Assembly: GCA_965223265.1 (NCBI GenBank)
Contig: OZ244999.1
Location: 8,672,001 to 8,736,000, forward strand
Length of the DNA stretch: 64,000 bases
Reading direction: 5' to 3'
DNA from: Planctomycetota bacterium
Lineage (GTDB): Bacteria; Planctomycetota; UBA8108; SXIK01
Of this stretch, positions 27,813 through 38,057 are shown in pieces. How positions within the stretch are numbered: position 1 is the stretch's first letter; each line of letters opens with the position of its first letter. Under the pieces are notes generated by a model. That model was not told the origin of the DNA. It saw only the letters and a list, made by a program, of their open reading frames with translations, and did no database searches. A program made the translations under genes and the position numbers.

Positions 27813-29375
27813 ATGCGCCTGGTTGATCTGAGGAAGGCCCTCGTCGAACCCGCTGAGTCTTCAAGCGGCGTCAAAAAGTGGGCGCTCGGAGTTTGTCGGG
27901 TCCTCTACTTCACTGTCCAGCGTCTTGGGCACGATCGCTGTCTTGAGCGCGCCGCGACCCTCTCGTTCGTGACGATCCTGTCGCTCATCCCGTTGTCGAT
28001 CCTCTTTTTCAGTTTTGCTGAGCTGCTGTGGGGAGAGCAGATCAAAGAGGTCGTGATCAACTATCTTGTGACGTTCGCGGCGCCTGACTTCAAGGAGCAG
28101 ATCAAGAGCTGGTTGGAGAAGATTTCCACCCAGGCGTTCCAGGGCGTATCGAACCTCGTCAATCTGCTCGCGACGGTCAGCCTATTGCCGGCGGCGGTGG
28201 CGATTCTGACCACCGCCGAACGCAGCTTCAACTACATCTGGAAAGTCACGAGTCGCCGCACCCACGTGCAGCGGTTTGCAACCTTTTGGATCATTCTGAC
28301 AACGAGTCCCTTCCTCCTCATCGCGTCGACGTGGGTCATGGATCTTCTCGTCCCGAAGGGTGGATGGGTTGACCGATACGTCGGCGTGACAGCAGAAGTG
28401 ACAACTGAGACCGTCGTGGATCCCGAGATAGTCTCGGAGAATAGCTCTTCAGCGTCGGTCGACTCCACGGCCCAGCGACCCTCAGCGCCGCCGGTCACAG
28501 CTTCCGAAGAGAAGGCCACCGCGCCAGCTGGCACGGCCACCGAGAGTGCCTCCGCGGCGCAGCCTGAGCAGATCACCTTCTTCGGACGGCTGCTGCGCGC
28601 GCTGCTCCGATTCATCTACCGCTTCGTGGTGCCGGTCTCGATCGGATTCATCGCTTTCACCGTCCTCTACATCTTTTTGCCGTCTGCGAGCGTACGTCTG
28701 ACCAGCGCGGTGCTCGGCGGTTTCGTTGCTTGCGCTTTGTGGGAAATCGTCAAGCGCAGCTTCTTTCTGTACTTCGAGCGCACCAACACTCTCTACGGCC
28801 AGCTCGCAATCGTGCCGCTGTTTCTCATCTGGCTCTACGTCAACTGGCTGATCGTCCTGATCGGCTGTGAGATCACGTACGTGCACCAACACCTTCAGGA
28901 CGTCGTCAACAAGAGCCGCCTGAGCGAGCAAAGCGCGCCGCCCTCGTTTCTCGTCGGCCTAGCGCTGCTCGAGGGGCTTGCGCGTCACTTTGAGCGTGGC
29001 GAGCAAGCGCCGCGATTGGCCGAGCTGCGCTGCGCTGCCCCTTTCGGCGTCGAGGCTCTCCACGACGTCGCCGAGCGCCTCGTCAGCGCTGGAGTGCTCG
29101 AGCGCAGCGCTGCCGACGACACGCGCTATGTGTTGGCGCTTGCGCCACAACACCTATGTCTCGAGCGCATCCTCGACGAGCTCTCCACGCCGGGAGAGTT
29201 GGGGCGGTGGCATACGGAAGGCCAGCCTCTAGAGCTTGCGGCCGGATCCGAGGGCGCCCCACCCGCGCCGCTGGCTTTGAGTCTTCTGCAGCGCGCGGGT
29301 ACGGCCTATCGTGACGTCCTCTCAGGGTTGAGCGTCGCGGACCTCGCCAGCGGCAACGGTGCGAAGTCGAGTTGA
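27813..29375 (+). CDS. YihY/virulence factor BrkB family membrane protein with C-terminal winged-helix-like extension
   Basis: AATLSFVTILSLIP, SFNYIWKV, LYGQLAIVPLFLIWLY..WLIVLIG motifs. Confidence 0.88.
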   Translation: MRLVDLRKALVEPAESSSGVKKWALGVCRVLYFTVQRLGHDRCLERAATLSFVTILSLIPLSILFFSFAELLWGEQIKEVVINYLVTFAAPDFKEQIKSWLEKISTQAFQGVSNLVNLLATVSLLPAAVAILTTAERSFNYIWKVTSRRTHVQRFATFWIILTTSPFLLIASTWVMDLLVPKGGWVDRYVGVTAEVTTETVVDPEIVSENSSSASVDSTAQRPSAPPVTASEEKATAPAGTATESASAAQPEQITFFGRLLRALLRFIYRFVVPVSIGFIAFTVLYIFLPSASVRLTSAVLGGFVACALWEIVKRSFFLYFERTNTLYGQLAIVPLFLIWLYVNWLIVLIGCEITYVHQHLQDVVNKSRLSEQSAPPSFLVGLALLEGLARHFERGEQAPRLAELRCAAPFGVEALHDVAERLVSAGVLERSAADDTRYVLALAPQHLCLERILDELSTPGELGRWHTEGQPLELAAGSEGAPPAPLALSLLQRAGTAYRDVLSGLSVADLASGNGAKSS

Positions 29376-29399
29376 CAGCGTTGCCTAACAGCTTATAAT
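29372..29399 (+). promoter_or_regulatory. Consensus sigma70 promoter
   Basis: TTGACA-N16-TATAAT with both hexamers perfect; the -35 overlaps the yihY stop codon. Confidence 0.75.
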
Positions 29400-29737
29400 T
29401 CCCACTCTTAGCGGCCGGATAGCGGCGTCTGGAGGCGCCGGAATCTTCGTTTGGGTCTTCCTGAGATGCCGCGGAGGCCGCCATGAGCACGGTTGCTTGC
29501 AGGGCGGGTTGCTCGCGACCGCCTCGACAATTGCAGCAAAGAACGAACTGGGGAGTGTGCGGTCGCCAAGTTATCATGCTGGTCGAAGGATCTTTTGCAA
29601 TTACGCTGGTGACAGTGAAGGGAATTCCCGAGCGGGTCGCACCTAACGCGTAGCCTGCTTCGACCTGGCCGGCGCCGCGTTCACGAGGAGTACCCGCGGC
29701 TGGCCGATGCAGTCTCGACTCGAAAGCGCGGTGAACT

Positions 29738-32700
29738 ATGGAGGAGCGGACGGAAGTACCTCTGGAGACGACGCGGCGTTCGCCGTTCGCCACCAGTTTT
29801 CAGTTCCGCGAGGATGAGCGGGCGGGATTGACGGCGCTTTTCGAGCGCGTCTTTTTTGATCGAGCGTTCAGCGCCGCAGCTAAAGAGGCCCTCTTGCGCA
29901 CGCAGTACGTTGCGGCGGGTGCCCAGCGTGCAGCTGACGCTGACTCCAGCGCCGACGAGGCCGCGGCCTTGCCCGCTGCCGTCGTGCCGTCGGAATTCGC
30001 TGACCATCGCCGGTATGTCTTTCTTTACCGCGGCCCAAACGGGATCGGTAAGACGCGGATCTTTCGACAGTTCGTTGACAGTGCGCAAACGAAAGAGCTG
30101 CCTGTTTACGAAGTCTTTACTCACGACGTTGAGGGAATCCCGTTCAAGCCGTTCTTGCACGCCATCCGTGCGATTTTGCGGGACCACGATCGCGGCCAAG
30201 CGCTGCAGGAGAAGTACCGCTTCGCGCTCGAAGGGTTCATTCCAGAGCTCTTTCCGGACGAACAGGGTGAGGAGCTGGATCCCATTACGCGCGAGCGCCT
30301 TGACGCCGAGAAGGTTCGCCTCTACGACGGGATCACGCAGCTGCTTCTCGAAGTCTCGACGCGTCGACCACTCTTGCTCCTCGTTCACGATCTGCACTGG
30401 AGCGATGTTCCGACGATCGAACTCCTCAGCTACATCGGCCGCAATTTGCGACTCAGAAACGACGTCGGCGGCGGTGCTGATGTGGATGTGACCTTTTCGC
30501 AGGCGGCGGACCTGTCGACATTCGAGGGTGACGAGGAGGAATGGCGTGGGCTAACCCCGAGTCAGCCGCAATCAGGCGACCACTTGAGCAACCTCCTGCA
30601 GCTTTCTCAGGCGCGCCAGCGTCAAGACACTCGACCGCCGGCGCGTGTCATGATCCTTGCGAGTTACCGCGCGTCGCCCGATCCCGATCACTATCTCGAT
30701 CAGGCGATCAATCGGTTGGGTGCCAGCGATTTTGCCTACCACGGCGACCTGCGCCCGCTCCGAGAGACCGAGGCGGCCGCCTTTGTGGCGCGCGCGGTCG
30801 AAGGCGTCAACCTCAACGGTCGTTCTATCGAGGTCTCTCCGGAGGCGGTCGAAGCAATGTACGAGGCGTCCGAGGGGTTTCCTAGTTTTCTGCATGAGCT
30901 ACTGAACGCGCTCTACCTGAGCGAGCGTGATCCCGTCGAGAATGGCGGCGTGGTTCGCTGGAGTGGCGAGACGGTTTTGGAGCTGCTTGGCGCCGCGAAC
31001 TCCGGCAATGCCCCGCCGCCGTCGACGGAGTCCCGCGAGACGCAGACGGAGAGTACCGGCCTGGCACGTCGCTGCGACGTTTTGAAGCTGCGCCTCCGCG
31101 GCGCTTCTACTGAGGAGATGTTGGTGCTCAAGGTGCTCGCGACAGCACGGCGGCCTTTGACCGCAGAAGTCGTCGCCGGCGTCTTGACAGGCGCGCTGCT
31201 CGACGACGCGCAAGCCTTCGATCCGAGCGACACTCCGGAGCTTCTCGAACATTTGGCGCGACGCGGTCTCATCGAACGGCATCTCGGAAACCATGGAGCG
31301 AGCGGCACACGGGGAACCACCGCGCGGACGCTTGACGTCGCTGCTTCTCCCGACGTCTCAGACGCGAGTTACTTCTTCCACCTGTGGGATTACGTTGATG
31401 TCGTCGCCGAGATGATTAGCGACGAGGAGCGGCGGATCCTCCATCAACGCATCGGAGAGCAGTGCCGAGACACGCTGGAGCAGCAGAGCGCCGAGTCGAC
31501 ATTCGAGGTCTTCTACCACCTTTACCGCGGCGTTGATCCACGGGCGTCGGCGGGGTATGGACTTTCGGCCGCGCGCTGGTTCCTACGTTCTCTGTCACTC
31601 GAAAAGGCACGTGAGATCTACGAAGACCTCCTTGGTCTCATCACGGCCGACGACGACATCGAAGAGCGTGTCGCGATTGTCGAGCGCCAGGCGCGGATCA
31701 GCCTAGCGCTTAACGACGTTGAGCACGCGGAAAAGCTACTGCGGCGCGTGGCGGAAGAGGGCGGTGGCCGTCTCGCACCGGAGCGGAGTCTCGAACTCCT
31801 CCTGCTGGAGGCCGAGGCGGCGGGCCGGCGCGATCCAGCCAAGGGAATCAAGGTACTCGGCAAGTCGTCGCGACTCCTCAAGAACGAGAACAGCCGACTT
31901 GGTGTGCGAACGCAGCTCCTCCTCGCGCGGCTGCGCCTGTGGCGACAGGACATTAAGCGCGCGATCAACCTCTGCCTCAAGGGGCGCGATCTCTGCATCA
32001 AACTCGGCAAGTTGCCGGAACTCGGCGATTTTTACCGCGAAATGGCGAACGCGTTTTACCAGAAGGGCGATTACGCGCATGCCGTCGACAACTATCAACG
32101 CGCCTTGAACGAGTTTGAAGCCCAGAAATTGAAGAGCCGGCAAGTTGCCGTGCTCGATGACCTCGGTCGCGTCTACCTCGAGCGCGGCAACTATTTCCGC
32201 GCCGCGCGTTATCTTTACCGATCACTCGAGATTCGACGCAGCGACCACGACGTCGCCGGACTCTGCCGCTCTTACGACCAGCTCGGTAAGGTTTACTTGC
32301 GCAGCGGTGACTACTTCAAGACGATCGAAAATCTCAATCTGAGCCTGAGCCTCAAGGAGCGTATCGGCGACTTCCCGGGCCTCAATCCGACGCTCAACAC
32401 TCTTGGCGATCTCTATGCTCGCCTGGGACTCTATCAGAGCTCCATCGAGTATTTTCGTCGTGCCGTCGCCAACAGCGAAGCGCTTGGAGACACACGCGGT
32501 CTCGTCGAAGCATTCGCCAATCTCGGTCGATGCTCCTTCGAACTCGGTGATTTCAAACAGGCTGCGAGTTTCGCCAAGCAAGTCGGAATCCTTTCCTCCG
32601 AGTTCAAGCTGCGTCTAGAAGAGGCTGATGGGCTGCTGCTGCAGGGATGTCGCGACGGCCTGGACCGGGAGTGGGCCGATGCGGAAAAGCGGCTCAAGCA

Positions 32701-34441
32701 GGCGGTTGAAATTTACGCCAAGCTGGGCAATCGACGCCGTGAAGCGTCAGCGTACCTGGAACAGGCCGAGATCAAGCTACAGCGCGAGCTTTTCGATGAA
32801 GCGCTGAAGATTGTTTCGAAGGGCCACGTGATCGCTGAAGATCTCAAGGCGCTCGACCTGCAGGTGCGCGCACTCGTGATCAAGGGCAACATTCATCGGT
32901 TTCTCAAAGGCGGCAACGTTGACCGCGCGCGGGAGTTTTTTCAGAAAGCGCTTGAGTTGAGCCAAAATTTTGGCGACGTCGGCCTCCTGTTCTCGCTCTT
33001 TTACTCGTTCGCAAAGCTGTGCCACGGCGAGCGAGACTTTTCCGAGGCAGCGAACTACTACAGTAAAGCGGAGCTGATCCTCAAGCAAATCGGGAACAAT
33101 CTTACAGAAGATCTCGCGGCGCGATTCATGGAGGATCGACGGCGTAAGGTCTTCACGGAAGATCTGGCGCGATTCCGTCGCGAGTCCGTCGGCCGCGACT
33201 CCGGCGCTGCTGTCGATCTGCGCGGCGCCGAGGTGGTGTCGAGATCGGTGAAGGATCGCCCGATCGGCGTCGGCGACTACAAGGATCTTCAGTCGCGGGT
33301 ACTGCGGCTTCACGCCGGCATGAATCAACTCCACTTCTACGAACGCATCCTCGATGACGCGCTGGAGCTCAGCGGTGCGGACCGGGGTTTCGTGCTGCAG
33401 GTTCAGAACCGTCAGTACACGCCGGTCGCTTTTCACGGTTTTGGCAAGCAAGCGACACAGCACCCCGAGTACATGGTTGCGAACCAATTGGCGCAGGAGT
33501 CCGTGCGCAAGGGACGGTCCATCGTCGCTTCTGGCGCGAAGGCGGGCACCGACGACGCGCGCGGCGACCGGCAGTTGCAGCTCGGCTACCTGGTCCACCG
33601 TTCGATCTTGACCGTGCCGTTTTTGACGGACGAACGCATTTTTGGCGGTGTCTATCTCGACAAGCCGGTGTCACTCGGCGAGTTTGGCGCACGGGATCAA
33701 GTGCTCCTCGAGGCTTTCGCACATCATGCCGCTGTCGCGCTCAATAATCGGCGCGAATTCGAGATTGCAATCCGCGAACCACTCACAGGGTTCTACACGC
33801 CGAGCTACTTCATCGACCGACTCGGTGACGCTTATCGACTCTACAATCTTCATGACAAAGCGTTCGCACTCGTTGGATTCTATCTGCCGAATCTCGACGA
33901 CATGCTCGCGGATGGGCGCGGACAGCTCGGAAGCAATCTGTTGCGTGAATTAAGCGAAGTCCTCGCGCCTCGAACAGCTGTCTGTTGGGGCAGTCCGGTC
34001 CTTTATCTCCTTCTTGAGGATGGTGACGTGCCGCTCATGGAAGACATCGCTGTGCGTGTTCGGGAACGACTTGCCCAGACGCTGAACGACGACGTGGCGA
34101 TGGAACTCAATGTGTCGAATCGGCAGTATCGCAGCGGTTCGGACATCTACTTCCAGATTCGCCAGCGACTGCTTCCGGCGGAGTGCGATCACCGAACACT
34201 CAGCGCGCTGCGCTCAGTGCTCGCCAGCGATGTGACGCTGCGAGATTCTAAACGCATCGTGGAGAAGCATAAAATTGAGTCAACGCTCCGCAAGACAGGC
34301 GGCAACATCACCCACGCCGCGCGAGAGCTTGGGATTCATCGACCGCAGCTGTCGAATCTTCTGAAGAAGTACAAGCTGAAGCGGGAGCTTTTCGAGTCGA
34401 ACGGCGACAGTGGCAATGGCGTCGGCGACTCGGAGGCATAG
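29738..34441 (+). CDS. Large signalling protein: AAA_16/STAND-like ATPase, TPR array, GAF, degenerate GGDEF, Fis-type HTH
   Basis: GPNGIGKT Walker A; LLVHDLHWSD Walker B; many TPRs; GADRGFVL..SILTVPF..GGVYLD GAF; EPLTGFY; GGNITHAARELGIHRPQL HTH. Confidence 0.85.
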   Translation: MEERTEVPLETTRRSPFATSFQFREDERAGLTALFERVFFDRAFSAAAKEALLRTQYVAAGAQRAADADSSADEAAALPAAVVPSEFADHRRYVFLYRGPNGIGKTRIFRQFVDSAQTKELPVYEVFTHDVEGIPFKPFLHAIRAILRDHDRGQALQEKYRFALEGFIPELFPDEQGEELDPITRERLDAEKVRLYDGITQLLLEVSTRRPLLLLVHDLHWSDVPTIELLSYIGRNLRLRNDVGGGADVDVTFSQAADLSTFEGDEEEWRGLTPSQPQSGDHLSNLLQLSQARQRQDTRPPARVMILASYRASPDPDHYLDQAINRLGASDFAYHGDLRPLRETEAAAFVARAVEGVNLNGRSIEVSPEAVEAMYEASEGFPSFLHELLNALYLSERDPVENGGVVRWSGETVLELLGAANSGNAPPPSTESRETQTESTGLARRCDVLKLRLRGASTEEMLVLKVLATARRPLTAEVVAGVLTGALLDDAQAFDPSDTPELLEHLARRGLIERHLGNHGASGTRGTTARTLDVAASPDVSDASYFFHLWDYVDVVAEMISDEERRILHQRIGEQCRDTLEQQSAESTFEVFYHLYRGVDPRASAGYGLSAARWFLRSLSLEKAREIYEDLLGLITADDDIEERVAIVERQARISLALNDVEHAEKLLRRVAEEGGGRLAPERSLELLLLEAEAAGRRDPAKGIKVLGKSSRLLKNENSRLGVRTQLLLARLRLWRQDIKRAINLCLKGRDLCIKLGKLPELGDFYREMANAFYQKGDYAHAVDNYQRALNEFEAQKLKSRQVAVLDDLGRVYLERGNYFRAARYLYRSLEIRRSDHDVAGLCRSYDQLGKVYLRSGDYFKTIENLNLSLSLKERIGDFPGLNPTLNTLGDLYARLGLYQSSIEYFRRAVANSEALGDTRGLVEAFANLGRCSFELGDFKQAASFAKQVGILSSEFKLRLEEADGLLLQGCRDGLDREWADAEKRLKQAVEIYAKLGNRRREASAYLEQAEIKLQRELFDEALKIVSKGHVIAEDLKALDLQVRALVIKGNIHRFLKGGNVDRAREFFQKALELSQNFGDVGLLFSLFYSFAKLCHGERDFSEAANYYSKAELILKQIGNNLTEDLAARFMEDRRRKVFTEDLARFRRESVGRDSGAAVDLRGAEVVSRSVKDRPIGVGDYKDLQSRVLRLHAGMNQLHFYERILDDALELSGADRGFVLQVQNRQYTPVAFHGFGKQATQHPEYMVANQLAQESVRKGRSIVASGAKAGTDDARGDRQLQLGYLVHRSILTVPFLTDERIFGGVYLDKPVSLGEFGARDQVLLEAFAHHAAVALNNRREFEIAIREPLTGFYTPSYFIDRLGDAYRLYNLHDKAFALVGFYLPNLDDMLADGRGQLGSNLLRELSEVLAPRTAVCWGSPVLYLLLEDGDVPLMEDIAVRVRERLAQTLNDDVAMELNVSNRQYRSGSDIYFQIRQRLLPAECDHRTLSALRSVLASDVTLRDSKRIVEKHKIESTLRKTGGNITHAARELGIHRPQLSNLLKKYKLKRELFESNGDSGNGVGDSEA

Positions 34442-34699
34442 AAAGTTTTCGATCTCGACTCGCACTCTCATGATTCGACCGCGCGTCGAACCTTGAGGGT
34501 GAGGCGGCAGACGCACACCGTTCCCAACGTGGAGGAATCTGCGGAATCCGAACGGAACGTACGATCAAGGACGGAGCGGAAGACCGGCTCGCCGCACGTT
34601 GCCGCCCGAATGTGTGGTTGCCCAGGCGAACTCGTTGTGCGTGAAGCGCATCAGCAGTATTCTGAGCGTGTTCACCCCATTCAACGGAGTAGGCATCAC

Positions 34700-35887
34700 A
34701 TGGAACGCATCCATCCCACGCGCCGTTCGTTTCTCAGGACCTCGGCTCTGTCGGGCCTTGCTGCACTTTCCTATTCGCACGTGCTCGGAGCGAACGAACG
34801 ACTGCGCGTCGGGTGCATCGGCGTCGGCCAGCGTGGTCGCAATCGTCTGCGCTCGGCGCAAGACCATGGCGCAGAGATCGTCGCGATCTGTGACGTCAAC
34901 CAGCTGATGCTGCGCGAAGCGGCGGCGCTCGTGCGCGGGTCTCGCCCGAAAGAGTCTCCGTACCACGAGGAGGTTCTGGCGCGACCTGACATCGATGCCG
35001 TCATCGTCGCCAGTGCGGATCACTGGCACCGAGATCATCTCATCGATGCGGTAGCCGCAGGAAAAGATACCTATATCGAGAAACCGCTGACACGCACGAT
35101 CGAGGAAGGACAGGAGGTCGTTCAGGCAGTCTCGAAGAGTGACCGGATCGTTCAGGTCGGCAATCAGCGCCGCAGCGGCAAGCACTGGGAGAAGGCTCGA
35201 GACATCGTTGCCGCGGGTGGTATCGGAGAGCTCCGTTTCGTCCGCACGTGGGATACCCGCTACCGCCCCATCGATCCGTACGTGCAGCGAGCGAAGAAAT
35301 TCAAAGCGAAGGAGATCGACTGGGAGCGCTTCCTCGGTCGCGCGCCGTCACGGCCCTTTGATCCCGTACGCTGCTCTGCCTGGCGTTGGTTCTGGGACTT
35401 TGGCGGTGGACTCATGACCGACATCGGCCCTCATCGACTCGATGTGGCCCACTGGATCTCTAGCTCGGAGGGACCGCGTTCCGTCGTCTGCAATGGCGGC
35501 AACTATCACTCGCCGGAGTGGGAGACCCCCGACAACGTGCACGCGATCCTTGACTGCGGGACGTTTTGTATCAACTTCAACGTTCACTTCATGAACGGCT
35601 ACGACAGCGGCGGCGCTGGTTACTACGGCACCGGTGGCACGATTTTTCAGCAGCACGCCAAAATGATCCATGCTGACACCAAGGGGAACGTTGTTGAGGA
35701 GTGGGAAACTCCTGGGGAAGGTGAGCTGCACATGCAGAACTTCCTTGAATGCGTCAAGTCCCGCCGAGCGCCGAACTCGCTCGTCGAGGTCGCCAACAAG
35801 GTGATCATCGGAGCTCATCTTGGCAACATCTCTTATCGCACGGGTCGCCGCGTTCACTGGGACGTCGATCAAGAGAGGATTCTGTAG
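34700..35887 (+). CDS. Tat-exported Gfo/Idh/MocA oxidoreductase
   Basis: TRRSFL signal; GANERLRVGCIGVG; DHWH; IEKP; QVGNQRRS; WRWFWDFGGG. Confidence 0.9.
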   Translation: MERIHPTRRSFLRTSALSGLAALSYSHVLGANERLRVGCIGVGQRGRNRLRSAQDHGAEIVAICDVNQLMLREAAALVRGSRPKESPYHEEVLARPDIDAVIVASADHWHRDHLIDAVAAGKDTYIEKPLTRTIEEGQEVVQAVSKSDRIVQVGNQRRSGKHWEKARDIVAAGGIGELRFVRTWDTRYRPIDPYVQRAKKFKAKEIDWERFLGRAPSRPFDPVRCSAWRWFWDFGGGLMTDIGPHRLDVAHWISSSEGPRSVVCNGGNYHSPEWETPDNVHAILDCGTFCINFNVHFMNGYDSGGAGYYGTGGTIFQQHAKMIHADTKGNVVEEWETPGEGELHMQNFLECVKSRRAPNSLVEVANKVIIGAHLGNISYRTGRRVHWDVDQERIL

Positions 35888-35936
35888 CAGCGACTCGCGC
35901 GGCGGCATAGGCCGGACGCGAAATCGCCAGGCCGGG

Positions 35937-36803
35937 CTAACGACGTGGAGCGAAGTCGCCGCAGGCCCGCTCCCAAGCGGCGGCCACTTCCATGTCGAGC
36001 AGGTGCGACGGGCGCACGTTTTTGAGTGCCGCGAGCATCACCTCGCGCACCTGCGGGTTGTCGCGCTCAAGTCGCCTAAGGAGCCGGCTCATCTCGACGC
36101 GTTTGAGGTCTGACTGGGACCCGCAGAGGTTACAGGGGAGGATCGGGTAGCCGGCGATGCTGGCATGCTCTCTGATTGCATCCTCAGAACACTCGATGAG
36201 CGGTCGGATCACATCGAAGCGGTCATCGTTGGTGCGATAGCTTGGTGGCATGGACTGCAGCTTGCCGCCGTAGAAAAGATTGAGCAGCAGTGTCTCGAGA
36301 GCATCGTCGCGGTGGTGTCCGAGCGCGATTTTGTTGCAATCGAGCCTTGCCGCGGCGCTATAGAGTATGCCTCGGCGCAGGCGGGAGCAGGGCGCACAGT
36401 AGGACTTCCCAGAGGCGGCTGCTTGTTCGACGGCGAGAGAGTAAGTGTCCTGGCGTTCGATTTCGAAGCGCGTCCCGCGCGTCTCGAGCCACTTTCTCAG
36501 GGCATGACCGTCGTAGCCAGGGTGGCCTTGGTCGAGGTGGAAGGCGACGAGCTCAAAATCGACAGGCGCTCGTCGTTTGGCCGCGGTGAGGAGGTCGAGC
36601 AGCGTGTAGCTGTCCTTGCCGCCGGAAACAGCAATGAGGATGCGGTCGCCAGCTTCGATGAGGTGATACTGGGCGACGGTCCGCAGCATCGTGCGGCGCA
36701 GTTTCTCTTGTACTCGGGACGGCGCCGATGGTGCCGCCGCCGTTGGCGCTGCGGGCACAGAGGCGTCGTCTTCGGGTTGGTGCAGATCGGTCGGTGTGTT
36801 CAT
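35937..36803 (-). CDS. ttcA: tRNA 2-thiocytidine(32) synthetase
   Basis: SGGKDS, CAPCSRLRRG, LGHHRDD, IRPL, PCNLCGSQ. Confidence 0.93.
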   Translation of the reverse strand: MNTPTDLHQPEDDASVPAAPTAAAPSAPSRVQEKLRRTMLRTVAQYHLIEAGDRILIAVSGGKDSYTLLDLLTAAKRRAPVDFELVAFHLDQGHPGYDGHALRKWLETRGTRFEIERQDTYSLAVEQAAASGKSYCAPCSRLRRGILYSAAARLDCNKIALGHHRDDALETLLLNLFYGGKLQSMPPSYRTNDDRFDVIRPLIECSEDAIREHASIAGYPILPCNLCGSQSDLKRVEMSRLLRRLERDNPQVREVMLAALKNVRPSHLLDMEVAAAWERACGDFAPRR

Positions 36804-37141
36804 GTCGTTCGCTGCGGAACCACACTACACTGAGGCGGTCGACGTTCTCAACGGAATCCGCCGAGCCAGCCGTCGTCTCAGCTCGACGGGACCGTGGTTC
36901 TCCGCCAGGGAGAAATGCTTGGGCGTGCGGCCCGCGATGAAGAGAATGGACTCCGTCGGTCGTTTGGCCGAGGTTGGCCGGTCGCTCCATGCCGTAGGAA
37001 GAAACCATAGCGGACGGCGCAGAAGTTTGCGTGCGTGTTTGTTGCTGGAATTGTTTGACTCGAGAGTTGAGAGGCCAGTCCAGGCTCGACGTGAAGCGGC
37101 CGGATTCGTAGCCGCACGACGTTTCAATGGGCTGTTAGCTT

Positions 37142-37963
37142 ATGGATCGTTACACGAAGCTCAGCGACGACCTCCCACCCGTTTGTCGCCTTGGTCTGGC
37201 GACTCGGGGGAACACGCATCTTGAGCCTCTCGACGTTCATCGTGCTATCGACGCAGGGGTGAACTATCTCAACTGGTGCGGGTATGCCGACGGCATGAGC
37301 CGTGCGATTGCCGCGATGTCATCGCGCGAACGAGATCACGTCGTCGTCGCCAAGCAGTTCTTTGCCCACAGTGCGAGTGAAGCAGCCGCCGAGCTGCGCG
37401 AGACGCTCACGACGCTAGCGAGCGACAGACTTGAGGTTGTCACCCTCTATTACATCGAGTCCGAAGGCGAGTGGGAGAGGCTCGCCGGCCACAATGGGGC
37501 CATCACCGAGCTGCAGAAGGCCAAGCGCGCCGGAGAGATCGGGCTCATCGGGTTGACCACGCATCAGCGACGGTTGGCGGTACGTTGGGTCGAGACTGGA
37601 GTTCTCGACCTCGTCATGGTGCGCTACAACGCGGCGCACCGCGGCGCTGAGGAGGACGTCTTTCCGGTCACCGCGCCCCGCGGCACTCCTGTCGTGGCGT
37701 TTACGTGTCAGCGCTGGGGACACCTGGCGCGCTCGACGCCGGAAGATCCGCAGGGTTTTCAGCCACCGCCGGCACCGGAGTGGTACCGTTTCTGCCTGGC
37801 CCGACCGGAGGTTGCCGTTGCGCTCATGGCGCCGAACGGTACCGAAGAACTGCGCCAAGGTCTCGCTCTCCTCGATGATTGGAATCCCCCGAGCGCGAGC
37901 GAGTTGGAGGCGATGCGTGCGCATGGCGCGCGCGTTCGGCGTTCGGCGGGAAGTTTTCCGTGA
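37142..37963 (+). CDS. Aldo/keto reductase family protein
   Basis: RLGL..AIDAGVNY, IGLTTH, MVRYNAAHRGAE. Confidence 0.8.
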   Translation: MDRYTKLSDDLPPVCRLGLATRGNTHLEPLDVHRAIDAGVNYLNWCGYADGMSRAIAAMSSRERDHVVVAKQFFAHSASEAAAELRETLTTLASDRLEVVTLYYIESEGEWERLAGHNGAITELQKAKRAGEIGLIGLTTHQRRLAVRWVETGVLDLVMVRYNAAHRGAEEDVFPVTAPRGTPVVAFTCQRWGHLARSTPEDPQGFQPPPAPEWYRFCLARPEVAVALMAPNGTEELRQGLALLDDWNPPSASELEAMRAHGARVRRSAGSFP

Positions 37964-38057
37964 CGACGCAGTCAGACTTATGCCACATAGTAGTTAACGG
38001 CAGAAGCCGGCCGAATGACTTTCAACGCACTGCTAACGCCGAAACACTGGGAAAAGC

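Noticed and set aside
33770-34200. Active diguanylate cyclase or sigma54 activator domain
   Set aside because: The GG(D/E)EF motif and metal-binding Asp are absent; there is no GAFTGA or second Walker A
36825-37127. 100-aa ORF between ttcA and the AKR gene
   Set aside because: No recognisable motif, starts within a MITE-end remnant, and lies in a probable divergent promoter region
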